This document shows positions 1-10,664 of a stretch of DNA of 64,000 nt, piece after piece (the first letter of the stretch is position 1; every line of letters starts with the position of its first letter). The notes under the pieces are model-generated. The model had not been told where the DNA came from. It saw only the letters and a list, made by a program, of their open reading frames with translations, and searched no databases. Location: assembly GCA_041484665.1 (NCBI GenBank), contig JBGPIA010000002.1, positions 672,001-736,000 of the forward strand, read 5' to 3'. The DNA is from Candidatus Krumholzibacteriia bacterium (GTDB taxonomy: Bacteria; Krumholzibacteriota; Krumholzibacteriia; JAJRXK01). Made by a program: the position numbers and the translations under genes.

Positions 1-245
1 ATGGCCTTGCAGCTTGCGCACTCGCCGCACGGCTGCGGCGTGGGGCCCAGGTCGCAGTTGAGAGCCTTGGCCAGCAGGCGAGCCATGGTCGTCTTGCCGC
101 AGCCGCGCGGACCGGTGAACAGGTAGGCGTGGGCGACGCGGCCGCTGCCGAGCGCATTGGCCAGCGTGGTCGTCACGTGCTCCTGCCCGACCATCTGCGC
201 GAAGGTCTGGGGCCGCCACTTGCGCGCGAGAACCTGGTAGGACAT
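1..245 (-). CDS. dnaX: DNA polymerase III subunit gamma/tau (5' part; runs off window)
   Basis: Manual translation from ATG at 245: [24 protein letters not shown]...[18 protein letters not shown]...[16 protein letters not shown] (Walker A plus Zn module). Not in the ORF track. Confidence 0.97.
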   Translation of the reverse strand, partial: MSYQVLARKWRPQTFAQMVGQEHVTTTLANALGSGRVAHAYLFTGPRGCGKTTMARLLAKALNCDLGPTPQPCGECASCKA

Positions 246-289
246 GACCCCGGATCGGTCGGGAGGCGGCCCCGGCTGCCCGGCGGGGA

Positions 290-398
290 GAGCAGGGCCA
301 GGTGATCTGCGGCACACGCCAGGACTTACGTACCGCTGCTACTTTCCAGTCCTGACGGGGTTGGCAAGCTGGCGTTGCGCAGGACCTGGCCCCACACC
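290..398 (-). ncRNA. ffs: Signal recognition particle RNA (small bacterial type)
   Basis: Minus strand has the domain IV motif CCGTCAGG-ACT-GGAA-AGT-AGCAGCGG (compensatory ACT/AGT stem), closed by GGGGCCAGGT/ACCTGGCCCT. Usual position upstream of dnaX. Ends approximate. Confidence 0.9.
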
Positions 399-508
399 TA
401 CGGCGTTGCGTCCGTCGTCGAAGCCAACGTGCATGGCGGACGCGACCGCCCCGGCAGCGCTCGGATGGGCAGTTGCTTTGGCGGCGGGCCGGTTGAATCG
501 GCTATTCT

Positions 509-584
509 TGGTGGAGATGAGCGGGCTCGAACCGCCGACCTCCTCGTTGCGAACGAGGCGCTCTCCCAGCTGAGCTACATCCCC
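509..584 (-). tRNA. tRNA-Ala(CGC)
   Basis: GGGGATGTAGCTCAGCTGGGAGAGCG-CCTCG-TTCGCAA-CGAGG...GGTTCGAGCCCGCTCATCTCCACCA; G3.U70 identity pair; CCA encoded. Confidence 0.97.
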
Positions 585-647
585 AGGCGGGATGATAGGT
601 AACATGAAGGCCTTGGGCTGTCAACGCGCCCCGGCCGCGGAGACGGA

Positions 648-1256
648 ATGCGACGTCGCAAGCCTGAGCCAACTGCGGATGCCGCAGCAGTGCACGCGGA
701 GATCCTGCGCGATCTCGAGCGGCGCCCTCCGCGCGCAAGCGACAAGCAGGCGCCTCCCGAGCTGCCGCGGCGCACGTCTGGATCGTCGCCCGCACCGCAG
801 TCGAGCCCCACTCCAGGGTCCCGGTCCAGGTCGGCGCCCCGGCCGTTGGCCGGGGACGCATCCAGGTCGACACCCGCGCCGGCGTCCAGGTCGCAGTCGG
901 GGGCCCCCAACCGGCCGCCAGCGCAGGATCCATCCCGGTCCGGCCCCGATCCGAAGCGCAAGCGCCGGCCCGGCGCTGCGCCGCCGGCGCGCCGCCAGCT
1001 CGACTTGCACCTGCTGACCGTCGAGCAGGCGCTGGCCGCCATCCGCCTGAACGCGGCGTCATGGCGCCAGCAGCAGATCGAGGAGGTGCTGTTGATCGTC
1101 GGCCGCGGGCGCCACAGCGAAGGCGGGGTACCACGGCTGCGCCCGGCGGTGGAGGAGTTCTGCCGCGCACGCACCGACCTGTTCGTCTCCGTCGCAGAGG
1201 CGCCCCGCGACCGGGGCGGGGCCGGAGCGCTGGTCGTCAGGTTGCGCCCACGCTGA
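648..1256 (+). CDS. Smr/MutS2 C-terminal domain protein
   Basis: C-terminal LDLH...VLLIVGRGRHS.GG..LRPAV...APRDRGGAGALVV matches the Smr domain; low-complexity N-terminus. Confidence 0.85.
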   Translation: MRRRKPEPTADAAAVHAEILRDLERRPPRASDKQAPPELPRRTSGSSPAPQSSPTPGSRSRSAPRPLAGDASRSTPAPASRSQSGAPNRPPAQDPSRSGPDPKRKRRPGAAPPARRQLDLHLLTVEQALAAIRLNAASWRQQQIEEVLLIVGRGRHSEGGVPRLRPAVEEFCRARTDLFVSVAEAPRDRGGAGALVVRLRPR

Positions 1257-1317
1257 GCCCACGCTGAGCCGGTGCGTCTCAGGGATCCGACCGGCGCGCC
1301 GATCGCGCGCAGGGGAA

Positions 1318-1406
1318 TGGCGGAGAGGCAGGGATTCGAACCCTGGGTCCCCAAAGGGGACAACGGTTTTCGAGACCGTCCCGATCGACCGCTCCGGCAC
1401 CTCTCC
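1318..1406 (-). tRNA. tRNA-Ser(CGA)
   Basis: GGAGAGGTGCCGGAGCGG...ACGGT-CTCGAAA-ACCGT, long variable arm, GGTTCGAATCC...GCCA. Confidence 0.96.
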
Positions 1407-1478
1407 GCACCGCCTTCTCGGGCCGCCGTCAGCCGCGCTCCATCTTAAGCGGCGCGCGAGCGCCGGCCCTGGACTGCG

Positions 1479-1566
1479 TGGCGGAGAGAGAGGGATTCGA
1501 ACCCTCGGTACCTTGCGGTACACACGCTCTCCAGGCGTGCCGATTAAACCACTCTCGCATCTCTCC
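1479..1566 (-). tRNA. tRNA-Ser(GGA)
   Basis: GGAGAGATGCGAGAGTGG...CACGC-CTGGAGA-GCGTG, long variable arm, TTCGAATC, GCCA end. Confidence 0.96.
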
Positions 1567-1606
1567 GCCCTGAGCCTCCAATGTATAGCCGCCCAGCCCA
1601 GGCTTT

Positions 1607-2179
1607 TCAACCGGGGGGGTCCGTCCGCGCGCGCAGATCGCGGTAGAACGCCTGCAACAGCGCGAGCGCGTCGTGCTCCAAGCAGCCATCGGTGATCGCC
1701 AGGTCGTGGCGGTAGGGGTTGCCTTGCACCACGTCCAGGAAGCTGCCGCACGCGCCCGCGCGCGGATCGCGCGTGCCGTAGACCAAGCGCGCGACGCGCG
1801 CGAGCAGGATTGCGCCAGCGCACATGGTGCACGGCTCCAGGGTGACGTAGAGCGTTACGCCGGCCAGCCGCCACTCCCCCAGCGCCTGCGCAGCGCTGCC
1901 CAGCGTAAGGATCTCCGCGTGCGCCGTGGGATCGCCCAAGGCCTCGACGCGGTTGTGACCGCGCCCCAGCAGGCGCCCCTCGTGCACGGCCACCGCGCCC
2001 ACGGGCGTCTCCCGATCGGCGAAGGCCTGCTCGGCCTCCTGCAGCGCCAGGCGCATCCAGCGCTCGTCGTCGGGCGGTGTCCGCGGTGCCACCGTCGGTC
2101 GCGCACTGCCCTGTGCACCGTTGGGCCGCGGGCGTGGCGCCGGCGTGTCGCCGCCGTCCGCATCGTGCCCGGCGTTCAT
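1607..2179 (-). CDS. tadA: tRNA adenosine(34) deaminase
   Basis: ETPVGAV, DPTAHAEI and LYVTLEPCTMCAGAI motifs; start chosen at the ATGA overlap with the upstream stop. Confidence 0.95.
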   Translation of the reverse strand: MNAGHDADGGDTPAPRPRPNGAQGSARPTVAPRTPPDDERWMRLALQEAEQAFADRETPVGAVAVHEGRLLGRGHNRVEALGDPTAHAEILTLGSAAQALGEWRLAGVTLYVTLEPCTMCAGAILLARVARLVYGTRDPRAGACGSFLDVVQGNPYRHDLAITDGCLEHDALALLQAFYRDLRARTDPPG

Positions 2180-4398
2180 TGCTTCGCGGGGCGCGCATCG
2201 CGCAGCTCGCGCAGCACGACGTTGCCGGCCGCGTCCACCGCGCGCAGCCAGATCCAGTCGGAGTCCGCCGCGCTGCGGGCCTGCGGCCGCGGACCGTGCA
2301 CCTGCTCCTCGGAGGAGTCGAGGACCCCGTCGACGGGCGAGAGCGCCTCCCACTCACCCTGCTGCGTGCGGACCGCAACGTCCGCGATGGGCGACGACGC
2401 GTCGCGCACGCGCGCGGTCACCTGCGTGCGAGCGTCGTCCTCGAAGCGCAGCTCGAGCACGACCGGCGGGGTGTTGTCGACGTGGAGGGTACCCGTGACC
2501 TCTTCGGACTCGCGTCGAGTGAGTGCGGGGTTGTCCTGGCCGTCGTTGGCGCGCACGCGCACGCGGTAGATGCCGTCCTCGAAGGCGCGCGTGTCCCAGG
2601 CGTAGAGCGGGTCGCGCAGCTCCGTGGCCAGCTGCTGCCAGGCGCCGTCGGGCTCGCGGCGCACGTCCACGGCGTAGCGCACGTCGTCGTCGTTGGGGTC
2701 GTCGGCCTCCCAACGGACGGTGCGCAGGCCGCGTGCCCACGCGGTCAGCTCCGCCGGTGCGCCGGCGCGCCGGGTGTAGACCTGGTACTCGACGGCCAGG
2801 CCGTCGTCGAAGCGCTGGCTCACCTGCGGCGGCGAGGAGTTCACGCCACCGCTCTGGAGCTCGCCGCCGGCCGGCTCGACGCGCAGGGCGTGGATGCGCG
2901 GAGGCAGGTTGCGCTCGCGGTAGGCGATGCGCACCGCGGCGACGCGCGGCTGCGACGCCGGGCTGCCGAGCTCGAGGCGGTACTGCAGGTAGGGCCCGAC
3001 CGGCGATCGGATGGGCTCGCCGGAAGGCTGCGGGTCGCTCCAGGGGCTCCAGGTGGTGTCGGGCGCGTTGCGAAAGCCGCTGCGCGTGCGCACGGTGACG
3101 CCCTCGGTCTCGCCCTCGAGCGTCAGGCGGCCCCACTGCTCGAGCTGGCGGGCCTCCACCACGCGCGAGGTGATTTGACCCTTGGCGCGCCGTTCCGGCG
3201 CCAGCTGCACGACCTTGCCCTGGTTGCCTGTGCCCACCGTGATCGCGCCGTCACCGTCCACCTGGAGCGCGAGGGCGTCTCCACCGTCCAGATCGGTCCA
3301 GATCTCGCGGCGTCCCCGCCGGTCGATGTGCAGCAGGCGGCCCGACTCGGCCTCGCCGGCCAGCAGCGTGCCGTCGGACAGGCGCGCCAGCGAGAGCAGG
3401 CGCTGCGCGGAAGCGTAGATCTCCTCGAACCCGCCGCTGCGTGGGATCCAGACGATGCGGCTGGCCGTTGGACCGCCCGAGCTGATGGGCACGCCGGAGC
3501 CGCCGGGGCCGCTGCCGCCGGGCTCCCCACCCCCGTGAGGTCCGCTCGCTGCCCCCGGCGATGGTGCAGGCGTAGCCGGCGGCGGACCGGCCGCGGGCGA
3601 CGACCCACCCACCGTGAGCACGTAGACGCCCTGCTCGCCGTCCCCCACGATCCGGCGGATCTCCTCTTCCTTGGCCTCGTAGGCGATGCGACACGTCGGG
3701 CCGTCGCTTCCCTCCACGCGCGCCACGAGCGCGGGTGTGGACGTGCCGATCCACAAGCCGGCCGCGTCGCGCAACAGCGTCGTGGCGTTGGCCGCGGGCA
3801 GCTCCAGCAGCACTTCGCCTGATGGCGCCTTCGTGGAGACGCGCACGACGCGCGCCCCGGGCCCCGTCGCGGCCAGCCAGCTGCCGCGCTCGCTGCCCTC
3901 TGCCAGGTCCCACACCGATTGCTGCGGCACGTCCAGTGCGACGGACGCCGTGCCGTCGGGTGTGACGCGGTAGACCACGCCGTCGGGGCTGCTGCCGGCC
4001 AGCAGCTCGTCGCCCTGCGGCATCAGGCACAGGATCTCGAAGGCCAGCGTATGGACCCACGGCAGCAGCGTGTCGCCCTGCTGGCGGAAGATCGCGCCCG
4101 AGTCGCCGGTGCCCACCAGCAGCCGGCCTTTGCGGTCGCGCGCCAGGCTCCACACGTGCAAGGCGTCGGTGTGCCACGTGCGCGTGACACGCGGCGCGGA
4201 CACCAACTGGCCGGAGGAGTCCAGCGCGACGCCGCGCAGCTCGCCCTGCAAGAACTCGGGGGCGCCCTCCGACAGCGTGCGGCTTCCCGCGGCGCGCGCT
4301 GGCACCGCTGACGCCACGGCGCAAACGAAGCAAAGCGCCGCCGCGGCGGGCGCCATGGACAACGACGTGGGCACGCGCAACGAGGGACGACGATTCAT
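2176..4398 (-). CDS. Secreted beta-propeller plus Ig/FN3-like domain protein
   Basis: Signal-like N-terminus, repeated 'VWSLA.D..G.L.VGTG..G.I' blades, C-terminal 'W.A.DPNDD...Y...WDT..F.DG.YRVRV.A.D' sandwich; start trimmed to MNRRP. Confidence 0.7.
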   Translation of the reverse strand: MNRRPSLRVPTSLSMAPAAAALCFVCAVASAVPARAAGSRTLSEGAPEFLQGELRGVALDSSGQLVSAPRVTRTWHTDALHVWSLARDRKGRLLVGTGDSGAIFRQQGDTLLPWVHTLAFEILCLMPQGDELLAGSSPDGVVYRVTPDGTASVALDVPQQSVWDLAEGSERGSWLAATGPGARVVRVSTKAPSGEVLLELPAANATTLLRDAAGLWIGTSTPALVARVEGSDGPTCRIAYEAKEEEIRRIVGDGEQGVYVLTVGGSSPAAGPPPATPAPSPGAASGPHGGGEPGGSGPGGSGVPISSGGPTASRIVWIPRSGGFEEIYASAQRLLSLARLSDGTLLAGEAESGRLLHIDRRGRREIWTDLDGGDALALQVDGDGAITVGTGNQGKVVQLAPERRAKGQITSRVVEARQLEQWGRLTLEGETEGVTVRTRSGFRNAPDTTWSPWSDPQPSGEPIRSPVGPYLQYRLELGSPASQPRVAAVRIAYRERNLPPRIHALRVEPAGGELQSGGVNSSPPQVSQRFDDGLAVEYQVYTRRAGAPAELTAWARGLRTVRWEADDPNDDDVRYAVDVRREPDGAWQQLATELRDPLYAWDTRAFEDGIYRVRVRANDGQDNPALTRRESEEVTGTLHVDNTPPVVLELRFEDDARTQVTARVRDASSPIADVAVRTQQGEWEALSPVDGVLDSSEEQVHGPRPQARSAADSDWIWLRAVDAAGNVVLRELRDARPAKQ

Positions 4399-4469
4399 GG
4401 GGGCGCTCCTTGCGGATGCGCGGGCAGCCCGCTGCGGCGGCAGGTTACGGCGCTGCGCGCGACCGGGAT

Positions 4470-6503
4470 CTACTTCGATTCTGCGGGCCTGACCGTGACG
4501 GCGATCTTCTCCGCCCCGTCCAGCACCCACTGCGTCGTCAGCTGCGTGCCCGCCACGGGGGTGGCGAGGACGCTCTCGGCGGTGGGGGTGCCGCGCGCGC
4601 GACCGAGCACCGCCTGCACGCTGGGCGGCAGCTGCTCCAGCTCGCGCCCGCGCACCACGACCGCTTGCGGGGCCCCGTAGAGCGTCGCCACCAGCGTGCT
4701 GGCCGGACGGCGCAGCGCGAAAGCCTCCCGCACCGCGCGGACCCCGGGATTGCGCCAGCGGGCCATGGCGCGCGCGAGCTCCTCGCGGAATGCGCTGCTG
4801 CCGTCGGCCAGGTGCAGCTCGTAGAGACCGGGCTGCGTGCGCGGCGGCACGGTGATCTCCAGATCGGTCCACACCGGCGCGGCGTGTCGCGGCAGCAGCT
4901 CGACGCGCACCGCCACCCGCTGTCCGGGGCGCGGATCGGGCGGCTGCGCCAACACGCGCCCGAGCCGCGCTGTCTGTTCGCCGAAGCCCAGCTCCAGTTG
5001 CGCCTGCACGGCCTGCAGGCGCACCGCCTGCTCATCGTTGAACGCCACCATCGAGATCGGCAGGATGACCTCCGACGCGAGATCGGCGCCCTGACCCAGT
5101 CCGCTGAAGGCCGACTCGCTGACCACGGGCGGCTCGCCGGGCACGTCGAGGCGCAGCTGCATGCGCACGGTGGACTCGCCCAGGTTCTCGTGGCCGCTCA
5201 GCAGCGCGCTCTGGATCGTCCAGAGCACGAGCGTGGTCATGATGGCCGGCTCGCGCGCCACACCGTAGGAGAAGTGGTCCTCCCGGCCACCCTGCTCCAC
5301 AACTCGCACGTGCACCGGCAGCAGGTCGGCGGTCACGCCGATCCGGCCGCAGACGCCCGTGGAGCGATCCAGCAGCAACGCGCCGACGGTGGGACCGGCG
5401 GTGGCGAACTTGAAGCTGATCTCGCTGCTGGGCAAGAGCGCCACGACGCTGGCGCCGGCCAGCGGCAGGCTGAGCGGTCCCGCGCCCAGCAATGGGTGGC
5501 CGAAGCCCAGCACCGTGTCGCCGATGCGCTCGGTCATGGTTCCCACGGCGCCCAGGCGGGCGTCCCCGTCGACCAGCAGCACCGCCATCGCGTCACCGGG
5601 ATGCTGCAGGGCGCCCGCCGCGGACGCGCTGGCGGCGGGCCCCGCCCCACCGACATCCGCCGCGCTGCTCACCACCACACTGCGGTCAAGACCCGCCGCG
5701 CGGTCCGCACCCGCAGTGGCGCCCACGGCCGCGGGAAGCGTGGCGTCGAGCGCCTGCGCGATCGTGCTGCGCACCGCGGGCGCGAATCCGGAGACGGTCC
5801 AGGCGAGCCCACTGCTCGCCAACCGACGCGCCAGCCCCTGCGCCGGATCGTGCGGCGGTTCGACGGGCGCACCGCCCAGAGCCGGCAGCGACGGCAGCGA
5901 CGAAAGATCGAACACCTGTGGATGAGGCCACAGCGGCGGATGCGACCAAGCGGAGGCCAGCGCGCCGTCGGCCGCCGCGAGCGCGGCGGCACCGGCCCCG
6001 GCCGTCCCGCCGGCCATCGTGACGTCGCCCAGCGCGAGGCCCGCCGGCGCGCCAAAGGAGGGCGCCAGCGCTTGCTGATCACCCGGCTTCCAGGTCGGGT
6101 GCTCGCCACGCTCCAACGCATCGGCCATGCGGCGCATGTCGGCAATGGGACGGATCGCGGCGATGGGCTCCTTGGCGAAGCCCCAGGTCGCCATCACTGC
6201 CCCGATCAGCTCGCCGTCGATCAGCACGGGGCTGCCGCTCATGCCCTCCAGCACGCCGGTCTGGGTGAGCGGGTCGCCGGAGAGGCGGGCCAACAGCACG
6301 TCGCCGGTCGTGCCCCAGCGCTCGAGGCGGCCGAGGATCTCGACCTGGAAGGTGTCCACCTTCTGGCCCGAGAAAACCGTGTAGCCCACGCCGCGGTCGC
6401 CGGCCTGCGGCGGCCGCGCCGCGGCCAGCGGGGTGCGAACGCTCAGCACGCCGGGCGCGCAGAACGCGCAGAGCGTCAGCAGGTGGGTCCTCAGCCGGCG
6501 CAC
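4470..6503 (-). CDS. SpoIVB-like peptidase S55 domain protein
   Basis: GYTVFSG...F.VEILG, GVLEGMSGSPV.IDG.LIGAV and GFGHP motifs; signal-like N-terminus; GTG start. Confidence 0.85.
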   Translation of the reverse strand: MRRLRTHLLTLCAFCAPGVLSVRTPLAAARPPQAGDRGVGYTVFSGQKVDTFQVEILGRLERWGTTGDVLLARLSGDPLTQTGVLEGMSGSPVLIDGELIGAVMATWGFAKEPIAAIRPIADMRRMADALERGEHPTWKPGDQQALAPSFGAPAGLALGDVTMAGGTAGAGAAALAAADGALASAWSHPPLWPHPQVFDLSSLPSLPALGGAPVEPPHDPAQGLARRLASSGLAWTVSGFAPAVRSTIAQALDATLPAAVGATAGADRAAGLDRSVVVSSAADVGGAGPAASASAAGALQHPGDAMAVLLVDGDARLGAVGTMTERIGDTVLGFGHPLLGAGPLSLPLAGASVVALLPSSEISFKFATAGPTVGALLLDRSTGVCGRIGVTADLLPVHVRVVEQGGREDHFSYGVAREPAIMTTLVLWTIQSALLSGHENLGESTVRMQLRLDVPGEPPVVSESAFSGLGQGADLASEVILPISMVAFNDEQAVRLQAVQAQLELGFGEQTARLGRVLAQPPDPRPGQRVAVRVELLPRHAAPVWTDLEITVPPRTQPGLYELHLADGSSAFREELARAMARWRNPGVRAVREAFALRRPASTLVATLYGAPQAVVVRGRELEQLPPSVQAVLGRARGTPTAESVLATPVAGTQLTTQWVLDGAEKIAVTVRPAESK

Positions 6504-6534
6504 AGAATCGTCGGTGGCAGAGGGGGGGCTGGCG

Positions 6535-7218
<684 letters not shown>

Positions 7219-7327
7219 CAGGACCTCCCGCCGCGCAGCGCGCTCGTGGGGAGGCGCGCAGGGCGACGCTGCGTCAGGATAGGTGGCGGTTGCGGGCCGT
7301 GCAACCGCGCGCCTGCGCGCAAACGAG

Positions 7328-7361
7328 CGAGGGCCAGCGATCGCGGCGACGCTGGCCCTCG
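7328..7361 (-). terminator. GC-rich hairpin downstream of the tRNA cluster (terminator or processing stem)
   Basis: Perfect 12-bp inverted repeat CGAGGGCCAGCG...CGCTGGCCCTCG directly 3' of tRNA-Arg; weak T tail. Confidence 0.5.
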
Positions 7362-7366
7362 TGAAG

Positions 7367-7443
7367 TGGTGCGCCCAGAGGGACTCGAACCCCCAGCCTT
7401 TTGGTCCGTAGCCAAACGCTCTATCCAATTGAGCTATGGGCGC
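7367..7443 (-). tRNA. tRNA-Arg(ACG)
   Basis: GCGCCCATAGCTCAATTGGATAGAGCG-TTTGG-CTACGGA-CCAAA...GGTTCGAGTCC...CACCA. Confidence 0.97.
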
Positions 7444-7505
7444 GTCAGATCCCGCGTCGGCGGCATGCTCGGCGCGGCGGCCGCATCGCGCGACCGCGCG
7501 CGTGG

Positions 7506-7599
<94 letters not shown>

Positions 7600-7700
7600 G
7601 TTGAAGTCTGTTCGCTCTTGCCTCCCGTGACGGCTCGCCGCGGCCGTCGTCGGCCGCCCGCCGCAGTTGTGTTTCCTGCCCGACCGCGCGTCCCGGATGT

Positions 7701-7787
7701 TGGCGGAGGGCGGGGGATTCGAACCCCCATGGGCGTACGCCCGGCGGTTTTCAGGACCGCTGCCTTGCCAATTAGGTCTAGCCCTCC
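7701..7787 (-). tRNA. tRNA-Ser(TGA) with atypical C33
   Basis: GGAGGGCTAGACCTAATTGGCAAGGCA-GCGGT-CCTGAAA-ACCGC-long arm-GGGGGTTCGAATCCCCC-GCCCTCCGCCA. Confidence 0.9.
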
Positions 7788-7958
7788 GTGCGGCCACGTG
7801 TGCGAGAGCCCGCGCGTAGAGGCTCGCGCCGACTGTGTAACTTGTTTTGCCGCAACAAATTATGTGCGGCCGACCGGCTCGGTGGGCAACGGGTGCTGAA
7901 TCTAGCACCGGCCCCGGGGGGTGTCAAGCAACCGGGCGCGTCGCAGCCGCGGCACCGC

Positions 7959-10664
7959 TCAGTCATTCCCGTTCTTCTTCTTCAGGCCATCCAGCAGGTC
8001 CTTGACCGCCTTGCTCGCTTTCTCCTTGAGGCTGTCAGAAGCGGCGGCGGGGCTTTGCCCAGCGGGTGGCGGGGTCCCGCTCCCTGCACTGGTGCCGGGG
8101 CCGGCCGGCGGCGCGCTCCCGCTCGCTGCGCCGGGAAAGAACTGTCGCAGCTTGTCCTTGAGCGCCTGCTGGCCGCCTTCCTTGGCGCGCTTCTGCACCT
8201 CGGCCAGGTCGAGCTCGATCTTCGGTTTGCGCGCCGGGCCGCTGACGCGCAGTGCGACGGTGATGCGTCCCTTGTCGTCGCGCAAGAGCGACGCCAGCGA
8301 CGTGAACGCTCCCAGGTCGGGTGTCACCCCCGGCGGCAGCTTCACCGTCAGCGAGTAGTCGACGCGCTGATCCACGATGCCGATGGACCCGCGCGCCGCC
8401 ACGCTGGTGGGCCCGTCCAGCAGCAGATCGTCGAAGCGCACCTGACCATCCTGCAGCTTGAGGATGGTAGCGATGCTGCTGAAGTCGAGCGCTTCGAAGC
8501 GCTTGGCCTCCGCGGCCCCCAGCAGGCTCGTGAGCTGGTCGCCCAGCAATGGTTGCGTGCGCAGCTGCCCCTTGTCCGATTTCACGTCGCAGGTGCCGGT
8601 CAAGTGGGACTGGATCGCCACCGCATCCGCGACCACGGGCCCAGACAGCTGGATGCGCCCCGAGAGGTTTGCGCTGAGGGCCTGCGCCAGCGATGCGGCG
8701 AACGGCGCAAACACCTCCTTCGCGGGTACGGCCGTGGCCTGCGCGTCCACCGACCAGGTCGGCGTGGGCTTCGTCAAATCGACGGTACCGCCGCCCACCA
8801 GCTTACCCGTGCCGAGGTTGGCCTGCAGGTCGCCAAAGCGCAGGACGCGCTTCTCCAGCTGCCCGCGCGCGAGCAGGTCCGTCAACTGGTAGCCGCGTGA
8901 GCGCAGCTCGTCGGCGCGGATCACCAGCTTCGCGACCAGGTTCTCCGGCGGCACGGGCAGCGTCACGGGCGCGGTGGCTGCCCCCTGCGCGCGTGCCTGC
9001 GGCGGCAGCACGCCCTGCAACCAGGCCTTGCGCACGTCCTTGCGCGCGGCGGCGCCTGGCTGGCCACTCTCCTTCGGCATCCAGGCGTCCAGGTCGAGCT
9101 GGCGGAACGCCAGCTGCCCGGTGACGTCGATGCGCTCCGGCCAGCCCGACAGCCCCGCGTTGATCGTGCCGCGGGTGCCCGGCCCCTCGATCTCGATGTT
9201 GAACAGATCGGCACGCAGCATCGTCCCGCGGGCGTTGCCGCCCAGCACGTGCAGCGTGTCGGGCAGTGCCGCGCTCCAGAGCGCCAGGCGACCGAGCGTC
9301 GCCTCCCAGGCGACGGGCGTGAGCTGCGGATCCAGCGGCTTACCCCTGGGCAGCTTCAGGTCCAGCAGCACGCTGACCGTACCCGTCACCCCCGGCCACT
9401 GCGCGGGATCCTGCTTCCCGGCGCGCAGCTCGGCCGGCAGCTTCGGCCAGATCTCCTTGGCGAGCGCCAAGGCGGGTGCACAGTCGAGGTCGAGCGTGAT
9501 CTTGCCGCGCAGATCGCCGCCCGGAAGTGCCTGGGCGGTGACCGAGCCGTTGGCGCGCACCCCGGGCGCGGCCGCTGCGAGGTCGTCCAGCTGCACCTTG
9601 CCGTCGCGCAGCGTCCAGCGCGCCGAGCCTTGCACCAGATCGGCGCGCCCCAGAGCGGAGATCCGCAGATCCTTTGCGCTGCCCGTCCCCGAGACCAGCG
9701 CGATCCATTGCTGCGGATTCTCCTGCTCCTCTGGCAGCGCTCCCTCGACGCGCAGCTGCCCCTGGATCCTTCCGCCCCGGATCTCGACGGGCTGTCCCGC
9801 GGCTTGCGGAATCGCCGCCAGCGGTCCTAGCGCCGCCACGGCGGCGGGTAGATCCACGTCCAGCTCGAGTTCCGCCTTCACCGCCGGTTTGGCGGCGAGA
9901 TCGAGCTCGATGGGGCCCTTCAGCCGCGCGCCGGCGGCCGTGAGGTCGGCGATCGTCAGCGTAGCGCGGCGCGCCTGCAGGTTGCCCTCCACGCGCAGTG
10001 AGACCTTTACGCCGGTCAGGCGGAGCGGCCCGGGAAGCGCCGCACCGGCGACCTCGAGGGTGCCCACGGTCGACTCCACGCTGCCCGTCAGCGCGCCACC
10101 CTCCTGCAGGTGCAACCGCGCGCGCTGCTGCACCCCATCGAGGCGGATCTCCTGCGCGTGCGGCGCGTGCACCGCAACGCGGCCGTCGCTGATCGAGAAG
10201 AGGCCGATCGCCGCAGCCAGATCTGACGGAACGCTGCGCAGCCCCGCGCCGCCCGCCGCGCCCGGCGTGGCCTCGCCAACGGGCGCGCCCGGCGTGGGCT
10301 CGGGCACCCAGACCTCCAGATCGGGGTGCTGCAGCCGAATCTCCTGCAGGCTGGGTTTGCGCCGCAAGAGCGACATCAGCTCGGCGGTCACCACCACTTC
10401 CTGCACGGTGCCCTGGACGCGCGGCCCCGCGGTCTGGCCCGCGCGCTCGGGCCCGGAGACCTGGAGTTGGCGTAGCTTGATCCCCACCGGCCAGGGAAAG
10501 CTCACCGTGGCCGACGCTGCTGACGCGTGGATCCCGGTGCGCGCGTAGAGCTGGTCGAAGCCCTTGCGCATCAGTGCGTCGGCGGGGACCAAGAGCCGCA
10601 CGGCAACCACGGCGGCCACGAACACCACGACCACCACAAGAACGACCCGGATCAGCTTGCGCAT
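7959..10664 (-). CDS. AsmA family protein
   Basis: N-terminal TM anchor, 'SLL...EIRL..P.L', repeated beta-taco-like segments, C-terminal 'ITV.L.VSGP..KPKI.LD'; GGAGG RBS before MRKLI. Confidence 0.8.
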   Translation of the reverse strand: MRKLIRVVLVVVVVFVAAVVAVRLLVPADALMRKGFDQLYARTGIHASAASATVSFPWPVGIKLRQLQVSGPERAGQTAGPRVQGTVQEVVVTAELMSLLRRKPSLQEIRLQHPDLEVWVPEPTPGAPVGEATPGAAGGAGLRSVPSDLAAAIGLFSISDGRVAVHAPHAQEIRLDGVQQRARLHLQEGGALTGSVESTVGTLEVAGAALPGPLRLTGVKVSLRVEGNLQARRATLTIADLTAAGARLKGPIELDLAAKPAVKAELELDVDLPAAVAALGPLAAIPQAAGQPVEIRGGRIQGQLRVEGALPEEQENPQQWIALVSGTGSAKDLRISALGRADLVQGSARWTLRDGKVQLDDLAAAAPGVRANGSVTAQALPGGDLRGKITLDLDCAPALALAKEIWPKLPAELRAGKQDPAQWPGVTGTVSVLLDLKLPRGKPLDPQLTPVAWEATLGRLALWSAALPDTLHVLGGNARGTMLRADLFNIEIEGPGTRGTINAGLSGWPERIDVTGQLAFRQLDLDAWMPKESGQPGAAARKDVRKAWLQGVLPPQARAQGAATAPVTLPVPPENLVAKLVIRADELRSRGYQLTDLLARGQLEKRVLRFGDLQANLGTGKLVGGGTVDLTKPTPTWSVDAQATAVPAKEVFAPFAASLAQALSANLSGRIQLSGPVVADAVAIQSHLTGTCDVKSDKGQLRTQPLLGDQLTSLLGAAEAKRFEALDFSSIATILKLQDGQVRFDDLLLDGPTSVAARGSIGIVDQRVDYSLTVKLPPGVTPDLGAFTSLASLLRDDKGRITVALRVSGPARKPKIELDLAEVQKRAKEGGQQALKDKLRQFFPGAASGSAPPAGPGTSAGSGTPPPAGQSPAAASDSLKEKASKAVKDLLDGLKKKNGND

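Noticed and set aside
400..500. Alu domain of a long-type SRP RNA
   Set aside because: The hairpin here pairs better on the plus strand (G.U pairs become A-C on the SRP strand), and I see no pairing with the SRP 3' end
7701..7787. Possible selenocysteine or suppressor tRNA
   Set aside because: The anticodon is TGA (reads TCA, Ser), not TCA, and the acceptor stem is a normal 7 bp
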